Positions 1-12,806 of a stretch of DNA of 64,000 nt are shown one piece after another. The stretch spans positions 15,376,001-15,440,000 of the forward strand of contig OX597842.1 of assembly GCA_951406725.2 (NCBI GenBank), written 5' to 3'. The notes under the pieces were generated by a model, which saw nothing but the letters and a program-made list of their open reading frames with translations, had not been told where the DNA came from and searched no databases. Source of the stretch: Octopus vulgaris (lineage: Eukaryota). Positions within the stretch are counted from its first letter, which is position 1. Each line of letters starts with the position of its first letter. The translations under genes and the position numbers were made by a program.

Positions 1-103
1 TCAAGTTTCATCAGAATCGGTTGAAAGCCGTGGTCAGGGTGAGGGTACAACCTGACAGACACACAGACACAGACAGACAAACTGCCGTTTATATAGAGAG
101 AGA
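1..103 (+). mobile_element. Probable end of a non-autonomous Helitron/Helentron-type (HINE/DINE-1-like) element
   Basis: aagtttcatcagaatcgg ... (acag)n microsatellite ... tttatatagagagat resembles the core and terminus of such elements. Recognised from pattern only. Confidence 0.45.
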
Positions 104-263
104 TTCCAAGAGCAATATAATGACGAAATTGCAAAAATCAATCATGAATAATTAAAACACTTATCTTAACACCAATTCACAACTTTAAGAAACATATTCA
201 AAATATATGTAGGAATTAATGTTCGTCTCTAAACTGTTTTGAAAAACATATATATCTTTCATA

Positions 264-1279
264 TTAGGTCGTCAAGTATGAAAATTATCGAAAACCAATG
301 TTTTTTTAAATACAAGGAATAGTTTTATTCTTCAATATATGCACCCATATTTTCAATACACTTTTGCCATTTCAGCGGTAGCCTGTGCAGCCCGGAACTG
401 TAAAAGCCTGGCAGTCTAGAGACAATAAATTCCTGGAAGGCTTGTTTTACAGCATCATCGGAATTTCTTTTTCCTAACAAAAATCTAGCGAAATTCTGAA
501 AGATGTGGTAGTCAGTGGGGACAATATCGGGTGTGTAGGTAGATGAAGGAGAGCTTCCAACTCGAAACCCTGTAGTTTCGCCAAAGTTATTTTTCCGTTG
601 TGTGATCCGGCGATGTCTTGCAGTAAAATAGGATTGATCTGTTGACTAATCTAGGTTGTTTTTGTACTTTTCTGCATTATTTGTTCCAGCTGGCTGCAGT
701 GTACTTCGGCTGAGATTAATGAGCCAGGGGTAATGAAATCATAACGGATCACACATGGACCAGACCACCAAACACACACCAACAGCTTCTTTTGCGTTTT
801 GGACTGTGTTTTGGTGGCTCGTCTTGGTCCAGCCATTGTGGTTAACCTCTACAGTTGAGGCATTGGATCGATTCTGATTCAAAAATAATTCTTTTTGCGA
901 TGAGAAACTAGCATAATGTAGGCTTCCAAACGTTGCTATTTCTGATTTTTATTGAATACATGTCGAAGCCACTTATCCAACGTTTTCACTTTACCGATTT
1001 GAACTAGGTGAGTCAATATTGTTTGCTAACACAAAACAACAACAATAATTCACAGGCACTTTGAGATGGATCAGACTCGACGGTTGCTTTCAGTTTGAAA
1101 ATATCCAACTTTGTTTCTGGTCGACCGCATTTCTCATTTGTGAGATCAAAATTACCAGAACTAGATTTTGCAAACCAATTTGATACTGTCTGCTGTGTAA
1201 TAACATTAGAATGAAATTCCCCATTCATATTCCGAGCTGTCAGTGATGCTGTATTTCCAAGAGAGAACTCATATTTCAA
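264..1279 (-). mobile_element. Degraded mariner (Tc1/mariner) transposase fragment
   Basis: HTH region MKYEFSLGNTAS...VSNWFAKSSSGNFDLTNEKCGRP, KKLLVCVWW...YDFI, and YTPDIVPTDYHIF (YSPDLAP motif). TA plus TIR-like ttaggtcgtcaagtatgaaa at 262-283. Confidence 0.9.
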
Positions 1280-1950
1280 AACTGTAAAAATGTTAATTGC
1301 AGACTGGTTAAAGATGGCTGATGTTGGAATATTGATGTCCAGATATCATCCATATTTGAAAAGTTCACCTGTTGTTTCAGTACCCAGTCACATTGCAGTA
1401 GCTGCTGAGTAAGACAACTCCTTCCCGGACAGAAGCCATTCTGTATGTTAGTGAATAGGTTTTGTTCTCGAAATGTAATCAACTACTTTCCGACAACGAG
1501 TCTCATAACTTACCTAATATGTGAGATCAGAGAATTATACCTGTAATATTTAGAGTTTTCTCTACTTCCTTCTTAATCAATATAACCTCTTCTAACACTT
1601 TGGAATGTTTGCCCAAATGTACGGAAGCTCTGGAAACGTATCTGCAGTAGTTCTGGAAGGGCTTTCTTGCAAATCTTTAAAAGCATTCCTAGAAAACCAT
1701 TAGAGCCGTGACTAAGTTCACATCGAAATAACAGATGTTTACTTTCTTTTCTGTAGGAACATATCAAGCTTGCTTATTTGCATATTTTCTAATGAGGAAT
1801 TGAAAGCATTTGCGAATTGTTAATTGAGTATTTCGCTCATCCTCCTGGCCATAGGCTGTAGCGCACTAAGGTAATTACTTTTGAAAACTGTAGAAGTCAC
1901 TAGTGTTCGTTTTTATATTTTCATCTGATTCGGTTTCGCTTTTTCGCAGC
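1280..1950 (-). mobile_element. CR1/Jockey-group LINE reverse transcriptase fragment
   Basis: IQNGFCPGRSCLTQQL (QxGFRxGRSCLTQLL motif); degraded. Confidence 0.8.
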
Positions 1951-2499
1951 TTCTTTTCACAAGAGAATGTGATGGTAGTGTTGGTGAAGGGGAGGAGGAG
2001 GAGGGGGAGTGGTGGTGCCAAACGTCGTCGTCGTATTTAGCTTTGAGTCTTAAGACAGGAAGAATGTGGTAGTGTTGAAGAAAATGTTGCTGGTGCTGAT
2101 TGTGATAATGATTCTAATGAGGATAATTATGAAGATAATGATGATGATTTCCATGTTGACGTTCGTGCTAGTGAAGTTTCTAATGATGATGATGGAGAAT
2201 AGGTTAAGATTTGATACATTCACACGCACTCGCACATATACTTAGACATAAATATATAACATATGTAACAGCAAAACTGCCATGCTCAAACACTCTTGAA
2301 ATATTTTAAACTAACACACTTTTTGCTTTTTGTTACATGTTTTGCACATAAACTGGCTGGACATACTGACACACGTTTTTATAAGAATCAGTGAAATACC
2401 ATTTGAGATATTAAGCTAGAAATGTAAAAGGATGAAATCGTTTTGTGTCAGCCACACCCGACTGAGCAAGGTTATGAGGGTTAAAACCATTCAGTCCTT

Positions 2500-4090
2500 C
2501 AGTAATGGTACCGAAATTCATTCTCTAGATTCCATCTTCAATGCCCATTCAATAATTATCAAGACAATTGTGTATACGTTTGATAATGATGGAATAGGGG
2601 TGAGGAAAGCTACATAAGGAGATCATAACCCCATGAAGGATCATTTCAATCTGGAGCTGAAGAGATCCAAATCAATCCATAAGATTATTGGCATCTGGTG
2701 ACAGAAGACGTGAAAACAAAATTGCATATGAAACTTGTGAGGAGTTTTGATACTCCAGGAGAAAAGTTTAGAAGATTGGAGAGGGCGAAGTTCATCTGCG
2801 ACAAAGTGAAACACAACCTTCGAGTGAGAAGATATTCACCCAAGATGTGCGCACAAACTGACGCGACAGCTGAGGTCTGGCTTCAGCTCACGAGAAAGCC
2901 AAAAGTGTCTAAGTGATAATTTTCAACTGCATGATCTCTGATGGTAAGAGGATGTTCCTTGTCACACAAGTGTAGTGAGACAAGTGTTTCCCATGGATGA
3001 GTTTGCGAAAAGGTTTTAGGATAAGGGCACTTGGCCTCATTCATCACCTGGTTTGAGCATCTGGCATAAACTGATCATAGAATAAGCTCGTGAGTAGCCC
3101 CACACTTACCTGGACGTTAAAATAGGACATTGATGAGCATTTCCACAAGAAATCTTGTGGTAAGGCAGGAAAAGGGTTGATAAAGTCTTTGGCAAACAAG
3201 GAGTAACTCATGATGCCTAAAAACCAGGGGTTTGGCCAGAATTCTTACTCAATTTTTCAAATATCACTTTAAAACCTTCCGTTTGGACTTTATTCCAGTA
3301 TTTCATGAGCTCCCAATCCTGAGCTATGTTAAAACAGAATTTCATCTTCGCCAATTCATTCATGATTATTCATGAGAGCTTGGAGAGGAACTCACATTTC
3401 GTCTTGCTCAAAATAGGGTCCATTTGTGTTAGAATAGCCGCTGATAGTTTTGTTACCTTTAAGTGATACTGAGACACAAAGTTCCGAAGTGGTATCTAAA
3501 CTTTGGACACTTTTTTCTGATATAATCGGTATCTGTACATCCATACACAAAAACTTATGACGATTAAAAGATAAACTTAGAAAACTAGAATAAAGATTTA
3601 AAAACGAGAAAAAATGATGGAATATAGTTGAATAATGGGAATTTGAATATTAGGTAAACGGATGTTTAGAAACAAGAACCTGATTACCTATGCATAAGAA
3701 GTAAGTAAAAAAGAAGCTCATTCATCCACACACCTACACTTTCACAAAAACGCATTCACACATACACTCAGAGAAAACTATGGAGGGTGTGCACGGGTGT
3801 TAGATTGATGCAGTCTAGGAAGAGAGATAGAAAAAAAGAAAGTTGGAGAAAATATTAACAATGTAGATATATGGGGAAATAGATGGTACGAACAAAAGCA
3901 ACCCAACTCACAGATATCCTAAATTCGGAAGGTTTTCGAAGGAACCGCGTTGAATATACGTGATATCATTGTCATTCAAATTCCTGTAACATAAAACGGA
4001 GTTCATAACAAACATATAGAAACGATTAGTGACAAAATGTTAAATATTATGACGAAAAGATTCGATATGATTAAGAAATTTAAATGTATA
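2500..4090. repeat. Exon-bearing duplicated unit, copy A (unidentified coding-like relic + intron + LRR exon)
   Basis: Near-identical to 13560-15225 and 15226-16580. Confidence 0.92.
3912..3983 (-). CDS. LRR exon 7 (72 nt): NLNDNDITYIQRGSFENLPNLGYL; gene probably continues beyond the left edge
   Basis: Acceptor ttttatgttacag, donor GTGAGTTG, 72 nt, phase 2-2. Confidence 0.92.
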
Positions 4091-4099
4091 TGATGATGA

Positions 4100-5330
4100 G
4101 AGGGACGGCGAGAAGGTAGAATATGAAGAGGAGGGGAGGAAGGAAGAGAAGAGAAGAAGACGGAAAATAACAAAAAAAAGAAGAAATAGAAGAGGAAAAA
4201 GAAGGAAAGTAGAGGAGATGTAGTAGAAGAAGAACAAGAAGAAAGGAGAGAATGAAGAGTTGAAGGAGGAAGAGTAGAAAAATAAGAACTAGACGAGACG
4301 AAGGAGTAGCAGAAGTAAAAGATGAAGATGAAGAAGAAGAAGAAGAAGAAGAAGAAGAAGAAGAAGAAGAGGCAACAAGAAGAAGATGACAAAGAAGAAG
4401 GAGAGAAAGAAAAAGAAGAGCAGAAGGAAAACAACAAAATAAATTGCGAAAGGAAAAAGAGGCGAAAGAAGACGATGACAACAAAAGGAAAGGGAAGAAG
4501 AAGAAGCAGCAGGAGCAGCAGCAGCAGCAGAAGAAGGAGGAGGAAGAGGAGGAGGAGAAGAAGAAGTAGAAGAAGAAGAAGAACAACAACAACAACAAAA
4601 GTGAAGAAGGACAGGGGGTTGTGAATGAGAATGAAGAGTAGGAAAGAACAAGTTGAAGAAGATTAAGAAAGAGAAGAAAGACAGAGAAGGAGGAGGAGGA
4701 GAAAAGAGAAGAAGAGAAGCAAGATAGGTATATAGAGTAGAAAAAGAACATGGACAACAAAGACAACAACAATATTAAAGAACAAGTCATGCAGAAGAAG
4801 AAGAAAGGAAATGAAAAATACAAGAGTAACAGGAAGAAAATTTATGAAAACAAAAAGGAAAAATATAGAGAAGAAGAAGAAGAAGAAGAAGAAGAAGAAG
4901 AAGAAGAAGAAGAAGAAGAAGAAGAATAAGAAGGAGAACAGCAACAACAACAACAACAACAACAACAACAACGGCAATGAGTAGAGGAGGCAAGAAATGT
5001 AAAAGCCGGATAAAAAGAACAATGAGGAAGAGGAAGCGGGGAGAGATAAATTGATAGATGCAGAGGAGAGTGTGAAGAAAATGAAATTGAAGAATAAGAG
5101 AAAGGATGGATATGAAGAATCAGAAGGAAAAATGTAGACGAGTAAAAAGACAAGGAAGAAGGAGAAGAACAACAACGACAACAAGTATAAGTAGAAGTAT
5201 AAGTAGGAGTAGGAGGAGGAGAAGAAGCAAAGAAGAAGAAAAAGAATAAGATGAGGAGGAGCGAGAAGAAGGATGAAGAAGGAGGATGGGGACGATGAAG
5301 AAGAAGAAGCAGAAATAGAAGTCTAGAATG
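4100..5330. repeat. Purine-rich (GAA/GGA/CAA)n low-complexity region
   Basis: Compound trinucleotide microsatellites; source of the poly-S/F/L/K/R pseudo-ORFs. Confidence 0.95.
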
Positions 5331-5626
5331 TTAACCAATACACAAACAGACACACACAACCAAAGCAGGAGAAAAAAAAGATTTATGAAGGGGAAGTGGT
5401 TAGACATAAATTAACATACGCAGAAGGACATAGGGTAGGAAATGAAAGAAAGAATAAGAGGAAGAATATGACGAATAAGAAGAAAAAAGAAGTCAAAGAC
5501 GTTAATCAGTGTTGACGGAGGAATAAATACCGTACATGATATAGAAACCGAATTACAGATACATTTTGCTACACTCGCATACACGCATCCATGCACCAAC
5601 TGATACAAACACGCACAGAGACACCA

Positions 5627-5665
<39 letters not shown>

Positions 5666-6755
5666 CATAATTATTTGCACCACATTTTCTCTTCAATTGT
5701 CTCAAACTGTTATATCAGAAATCTCACGAATTTCTCCCCGCAACATTCGCAGTGATTCACAAACAATAACACAGTTCGGATAGAGAAAGATTGTAAACAT
5801 ACACAGAAATACACCCGCATGCACTCAATGGGTTTCGTCTTGTATCGTGCATTAACATATCCCATATTTTTAGAAATGGACCCACACTCACACTCTCACA
5901 TTTACAAAAAATAAAACTGAACTTTGGATGTATAGACAAGGGAGGTTAAAATGAAGGATAGGCACATATTACAAATTTAGAAAGATAACGTAATGAAATA
6001 TTAAAGAAGATTTAAATATAAGAGGTTTCAGAGGAATAGAGAATTCAGCGGATGATAGAGAAAGAGAAAGTGATATGAAGAAATCATGAAAGAGCATTTT
6101 TACATAAAGGAGAAGAAGAAGAAGAAGAAGGAGGAGGAGGAGGAAGTGGAGGATAGAGGAAATGTAAATAATGTAAATAGTGAGATGGTAGTAGTTATGA
6201 TATTGATAGTAATGAATATGGCAAAGGTGAAAATAAATGGTGGTACTATCCATAACGAAGAGATTATGATGATGACGACGAGAGTGATGTTGTTAATGCT
6301 GATTGTTATGATAATGATTGAGGATTAGCATTTCAATGGTGAATATGAATATGATATTGAGGATGATGACGATGATGGTAATGTATTTATCGTCCACGAT
6401 CAGAATGGATTTCAAGATATTGTATCTCTATCGTGGTGCTATTTGGTAATAAATGATCTCGATGATGAAGATGGCGACGATGAACTTGACGATGTTTATG
6501 AGTGAGAAATGTAACAATGAAGATGAGAATAATGAGTCTGATGAGGACAGAGAGGAAGACGTCCATAGTTATCACGGTGGCAATGGAGGTGAATTGAATA
6601 GAGAGTTTGGAGGAATAAGAGACTTCAGCTGATGATGGAGAAAGATAAAATGTTATGAAGAACGTACGGAAGGAAATTTTACACACACGAGAAATAAAGT
6701 AGAAGGAGGCGGAAGAGGAGAAGGTGATGAAGAAGAAGAAGAAAGAAGGAGCATT

Positions 6756-6897
6756 AGAAGAAGAAGAAGAAGAAGAAGAAGAAGAAGAAGAAGAAGAAGA
6801 AGAAGAAGAAGAAGAAGAAGAAGAAGAAGAAGAAGAAGAAGAAGAAGAAGAAGAAGAAGAAGAAGAAGAAGAAGAAGAAGAAGAAGAAGAAGAAGAA
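6756..6897. repeat. Pure (GAA)n tract, >45 units
   Basis: Seen directly. Confidence 0.97.
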
Positions 6898-6908
6898 AAG
6901 AAGTAGAT

Positions 6909-6980
6909 ATATATCTTAAACTGGACAAATTTCGGAAGGTGTCTCCCTTGATTTCCTTAATATCATTAGAAGACAAATAC
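6909..6980 (-). pseudogene. LRR exon lacking a donor (YLSSNDIKEIKGDTFRNLSSLRYI)
   Basis: Acceptor ttttgtgttccag and an open 24-aa LRR, but it runs into atctacttc and the (TTC)n tract with no GT. Either a real deletion or a local assembly collapse. Confidence 0.75.
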
Positions 6981-7052
6981 CTGGAACACAAAATGGAGTT
7001 AAGAAGCAATTTTATGAGACATTTAGGAAAAAAGTTTGGTTAAACAATTAGA

Positions 7053-8937
7053 TTTTTTGCGCACCGTGCCCGTAAGGTGCAGCTCTATCTAAAATACTCC
7101 GTGTCACGTTGAAAGGTCGGTCTTCTTTTAATTCCCAGGCATACTTTGCCAAGCTGGTCTTCATCCTACTTTCGGGGTTTCCGAAGGAATTTTTATGCGA
7201 ATAAAATCGGGTTTTGAAAGAATTTTCAGAAGCCCCGGTACAAGTTCTATATTAGCGTGAGCCTTCTATCTGCACCTTGGCTCTATACACGATTCCTTTC
7301 TCCAGACATTTTCCTTCCAACGGACAGGAGGTTCCATCATTTCAATTATAATTTTTAAAAAGAGAATAGGCACTATGATTATTAGCAGTTATCCTACTGT
7401 TGTGTTGGTTAAAAAAAAAGAGGCGAAGTGCACGGTGCACATAAAAGACCCATCAAATCTGATTTATGCCTGCTAGAAAAATATTTTATTTCATTCCAGG
7501 ACAATAACTCTTTAAATCAAAGAAGCGAACTCTTGAATTCCTGCAGACACGCAACTGAATTTAAAATGTCGGTTAGCGATATACCATATGGATAGTGTAT
7601 ATTTTATTGGTTCTTGGACTAGTTTGATTTATGACTACATGATTTATTTCGCATCGCAAAGTTATTGTATATATTTCGAGATATTTCTCAAGAAAAATCT
7701 TCGACTGTTATACGTAAATATTATTTTCTTGTTTAAGTTTCTACATTTATTTTATTTCATTGTATTTTTATAAACCCATTTTAATCGCTTAATTTATAGA
7801 TAATTCGATTTAGAGTGTTCTAATTTGCATATCTTTTATTCGAATTTTATTATTATGCACTCAGCAATTTTTTTTTAAATGTTGTTTAAATATATACGTC
7901 AGGACGTAGAGATGCTTTTATGTGGATATTTGTATTGTTGGCATGCATCTATGTATATGTGTAGGTAAGCGTGTATGTTTATAATTGTGCACATACATAC
8001 ATGGATGTATATGTATGCACGTGTTCACTTAGATTTGTGCAGATGTATATTTACGCACTTTCTTCCATATATTTATAAATGTGATCTGATATGTGTATTT
8101 ATGCTAATATACACTTTTGTATAAACATGTATACGTACTTTTATTTTGTGTGCGTTCGTTGCACATATTCAGCCACCTATTTTTCTTTCTTCCTTCTTTT
8201 CCTTTCCTTACGAAGGTATTTTTCTTTCCCCATTCGTTATTTGTATACAGTCCTTTAACTTTTCGCTCCTCCTCCCTCCTCCCACTCACCACTTTCTCTC
8301 GCTAACCGTTATATCTAAGATCCTTTATTTTCTTTTTCTTTCCCCCTCTCTGCGTTTTAAAATTCACTTCTCATCAAGATTGTCTGTCATAACTTCTATA
8401 TGTATACACCAAGTGATTTTTGCATGCGAGTATGATTGCGTACATATGTATACATGTGTATATGTATATGTGTGTATATATTTACGTCTTATATATGTCT
8501 GTATATGTATGTAGTCTGTGTGCATCCATCTGTGTATTTTGATGTATATATGTATATTAATGGTTAAATATCGCTTTATATTGTTGTAAAATATTTCTCT
8601 AATGTAGTGTGAAAATTTTAATGTATTAATTGTATTAATTGTATTATATTTCGTATATAATCATTTGCAATATGTATTTTGAATCAGCTCTTCAATTTAA
8701 GGTTTTCTTTGACTTTTATAATAGGATGAATTTATATTGAATTCATTTTTTATTTTGTTTAGTTTGTTCATTGCATGCATAAGACCGTTGATTGAAAGGA
8801 CCAATGAAGCAAATCCATTTTTAAAAGTGTATCATTTAACTAGATTTTATCATATGGTTATTTCTGTTCTATTTTAAGAAAACGGTCCTACGGGAACGTG
8901 AAAGTCCGAGTAACAGCTTTTGGCATATTTCTGCTGC

Positions 8938-8940
<3 letters not shown>
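7053..8940. mobile_element. Penelope-like element remnant with an inverted GIY-YIG segment
   Basis: Minus strand 7053-7330: CPLEGKCLEKGIVYRAKV...GASENSFKTRFYSHKNSF...TSLAKYAWELK. Plus strand ~7455-7570: DLCLLEKYFI...LNQRSELLNSCRH (PLE C-terminus), then an AT-rich tail ending in (TA)n. Confidence 0.8.
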
Positions 8941-8993
<53 letters not shown>

Positions 8994-9092
8994 GCATAAC
9001 TTGCACTACACTTTTCCCTTCAATTGTTATACACTGATATATCTGAATTCTCAAGAATTGCCCTCTACAACATTCGCAGTGATTCACAAGCA

Positions 9093-9132
9093 ACCATCTT
9101 CGATTTCCATGATATCATTAGAATTCAAGTAC
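9093..9132 (-). pseudogene. Truncated LRR exon (YLNSNDIMEIEDG...)
   Basis: Acceptor ttttttgtcccag is intact. After ~13 codons the exon is fused to intron-cassette sequence (caacattcgcagtgattcac, also at 5741-5760). The 3' half and donor are deleted, and an in-frame stop follows. Confidence 0.8.
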
Positions 9133-9275
9133 CTGGGACAAAAAATGAGTTACGAAGCACTTTTATGAGACATTTATGACAGAACTTTGGTTAAAAATTT
9201 ACATGAAGGAAGAGAAGAACAGCAAAGAAGAAGAAAATGAAGATGAAGAAGAAGAAAATAAAAAAGAAAGATAAG

Positions 9276-11725
9276 TGTTGTGTGGACGCCTCCAGACGAT
9301 GAAGTGGATTAGCCCAATACGTAGATAGAGAGGGAGACGTCTAGACGTCAGAGAGGAGAAGGGTTGAGTAGAGGTCATCCGAACGTGCGATATAATAGTG
9401 GCGACGAGGTTTCGAATAGTAATGAAAAGGAAGAGTTACTGAAAGCAGTCGTAAATCAACGAGAGTAGCAGCAGCATCTACGGTTGTTAACAGAATTGTT
9501 ACTGCAGTCGAGAAATACGACCGAATCATTTTCAGCAGATGGTTTTGCAAATTCCATCGAAGAATTTCACTACAATCCGGATGAAGGAACTACTTTTGCT
9601 GCATATTACAGACGATAGGAAGACATGTTCCGAGAGGAATGCAAGGGATGGCCTTGTGAAAGGAAGGTAAGGCTCCTTTTCCGAAAGCTTGCGACTCCGG
9701 AACACGAAAGATTTTGTAACTTTATTTTGCTGAGAAAGCCCGCGGGGTTGTGTTTTGATGAAGCCATAATTATTTTGACTAATACTTTTAGCGAGTAAAA
9801 ACATTCGATGAGAATGTTTAAATTTAAAGAAAAACGAGTCCGATGATTTTTTTAACATGTTCCGGTATGCTTAATAAGGCTTGCGAAAGGTTTAAGCAGG
9901 AAGAATTAACGCCAAATATGTTCAAGTGCCTAATATTCGTTAAAGGGCTAGTGGCAACGGAAGACGCGGAAATTAGAAAAAGAATATTATCAAAGTTGAA
10001 TCAAGATGTGAAACTCACTTTGCAGAAAGGGGCTGAGGAAGGCCAACAAATAATAAACCTTCGAGATGATACAAGAAAGTATGGTGCTATGGTTTCGGAG
10101 ATCGACATTTGAAGAAAGATTGCTCCTTTAAAGATAAAACCTGTTTTAAGTGTGGTAAAATTTGACATATACTGACGAAATGCCGGTCAAAGAAAATGGT
10201 AAAACTGAAGAAAGTCTACTCAACAAAAGTAAATTATATCAGACAAAATCGAAAATTTGTGTTGGTAGAAATAAATGGGTTTCAGACCAAAATGCAATTA
10301 GATTCCGGTTCGGACGTATCGATAATAAATACAGCAACATGGAGTAAGATAGGCAGACCGTTGTATAAAACAAAAACTACTAGAATAGCCTACGGTGTGT
10401 CAGCGGAACGAGTTCAATTCTTGGGCGAAATTTCACCAGAAATAAAACTTAAAAACAGGACGCGGAAATGTAAACTAATGGTATCTAAGAATATATTGAA
10501 TCTGTTTGGCACAGATTTAATACAAGGATTCGACCTGTAGGATCTATCCCTGAATACATTATGTAACAAGGTGAATGCGTCACAGACCGTGTCAGAGAAA
10601 GCATGGGAACAAATGAAATTAAAATTGAAAAAGATGTACCCTGTTATTTAAAAAATTAAAGTAAAGTTTGAGTTGAAAGAAGATGCGGTGCCGGTGTTCA
10701 AACGGAAAAGAAATGTACCTTTTGCAGCGTTAAACCAGGCTGAAAACAAATAAAAAGATTGGAAGACATGGAAGTTATTGAAAAAGTAGATTACTGTGAG
10801 TGGGCGGCTCCTACAGTATATATAAAAAAGAAGAACAACGAGGTAAGAGTATGTGCAGACTGGTCTTAATGATTGTTTAAAAAATTACACTTATCCGCTT
10901 CCAAACCCAGAAGACATATTTGCTAAGTGCAGTGGCGGGAACATGTTTTCCAAGCTGGATTTGTCAGAGGCCTAATTCCAATTACTGTCAGATGAAGAAT
11001 GTGCTAAAGTATTAACAATCAATACTCGCAAATATGACAACATTTTTGCAGGTGTATACAATAACACCGAATCCAAATACAGAGTTGGGTAGGTCACCAG
11101 CAGATATGCTGCTTTCCAGAAAAATTCGTTCTATTTTTGACAAATGGTTGCCGGGCAGGAAACAGAAATAGAAAATTCGGGAAGAAAAACGAAATTTTTT
11201 AACATAGGTGACAAAGTGTATTTTAAAATATATAGAAACGGATACAGGACTGCGAACAAGGAAGTATAACTGGACATCTGGGTAACGTGATGTACACGGT
11301 AAAAGGACCAAAATATGAACACAGAAGGCATTTAAACCAATTAAAAATATATATACCAAAAGCCAAGAGAGGCGAGAAGAACCAATGGATTTATGGTATG
11401 ATTTGTTCCAGGTCCCAGGACTACAAACAAAAGTGTTCGAGGTCCCAGAACCACAAGCAAAAGCAGAACCGACACGTAGGTCGAACAGGAAGAGAAAACC
11501 TACAGAAATGATGGAAATTAACGCTAAGAGAAAAAGATATGCCAGTTTCTCACCGAGGAAATAAAATTGATAAATTTGGGTTTAAAAACTCAAAAGAGGC
11601 AGGTGTTGTGCGGACACCTCCAGACGATGAAGTAGAAAAGCCCAATACGTAGATAGAGAGGAAGAACTCTAGACGTCAGAGAAGTGAAGGGTTGAGTAGA
11701 GGTCATCCGAACGTGCAACATAACA
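9276..11725 (+). mobile_element. Internally deleted Ty3/Gypsy (Mag/K02A2.6-like) LTR retrotransposon with 122-bp LTRs
   Basis: LTRs 9276-9397 and 11604-11725 (TGTTG...AACA). PBS gtggcgacgagg, PPT aaaagaggcagg, TSD ataag/agaag. Gag (FHYNPDEGTTF), protease QLDSGSDVSII, and RT start (WAAPTV...VRVCAD, FSKLDLSEA) fused to the integrase C-terminus. Confidence 0.92.
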
Positions 11726-12131
11726 AGAAGAAAAAGAGAAACGATAGAGATGTCAATAATGTAGATGATACCCAATTACACATATATTTTGATACAATCG
11801 CAAATCCGCATCTATACAGAAACAAACACACACGCACACAACTACACACACACCGGCCCCCTTCCCCCAAGCCATACATATAATATACGTAGTTTACTCA
11901 AAGCAAGTGTGTGAACATACACAGTTATATACACATGCATGCACTAAATGGTTTCGCCTTGCATCATGAACCCACACATCCCGTATTTCAGAAATGGACC
12001 CACACGCACGCTCTCAAATTGATGAACAATAAAACCTTTCTTTGGATGGACGGGTAAGGGATGGGCACATAATACAGATTAGGAAAGATATCGTCAATGA
12101 AATACTACAGAAGGAAACAGATTCAACTTAT

Positions 12132-12205
12132 AGATATGTAAACCTACACAAATCTCGGAGGGTGTCATATTTGATTTCCTTGATGTCATTAGAATCCCCA
12201 AGTGT
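12132..12205 (-). pseudogene. Decayed LRR exon (HL..SNDIKEIKYDTLRDLCRFTYL)
   Basis: 74 nt (2-nt insertion) and donor mutated to ATAAGTTG. The acceptor and cassette flanks are retained. Confidence 0.85.
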
Positions 12206-12569
12206 CTGGAACATCAAATTGAGTTAAAAAGGAATTTTATAGAACATTTCTGATAGAGTTTGTGGTAAGCAATTAGATGAAAGAAGAGATGTACAGTAAT
12301 TCAAATTGGTGATTAGTTTGATTACGAAGACGTTGTCGATAATGATGATGATGATGAATCGTATGAGAGAGGAGAAGAATGAGTGCGATGGGGAGGAAGA
12401 AAACTGTTGTGATAGTGATGGTAGGTGTTGTGATATTTATAGTGATGAATATGATAAGGCAGAGGTAAAAATACATAGTGATACTATCCATAACGAAGAG
12501 ATGATGATGATGAGGAGGACGAGAGTGATGTTGTTAATGCTGATTGTTATGATAATAATATAATGAAAT

Positions 12570-12806
12570 TATTGTATACAGTGCTCAGGTGCACCACAAC
12601 TTGTCAGAGTATATGCAGTAATGTACAAATGCCTGGAAAGCGAACAATGCATGAGTCAGATACATGCTTGTGTGTGTATGGAGGGGAGAAAATCAAGTGC
12701 AGTGTTGGAGAATCTCAGAAAGCATGGAAGTTTTGAAGGATGCAGCGCTCCGACAACTAACAACTGATGCCGGCAGTTTGTTCCATGCTTCAGCAAATCT
12801 CAGCGT
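12570..12806 (-). mobile_element. 5'-truncated CR1-type LINE 3' end
   Basis: EAWNKLPASVVSCRSAASFKTSM (CR1 C-terminal motif). Interrupts sequence that is contiguous in the paralogous cassette at ~6310. Confidence 0.75.

Noticed and set aside
4003-5407. Long ORFs of poly-S/F/L/K/R (also 6653-7009 in part, 22088-22492, 23658-24288, 27523-27912, 42498-42731, 56583-57019)
   Set aside because: They are translations of trinucleotide microsatellites, with no domain content or splice support.
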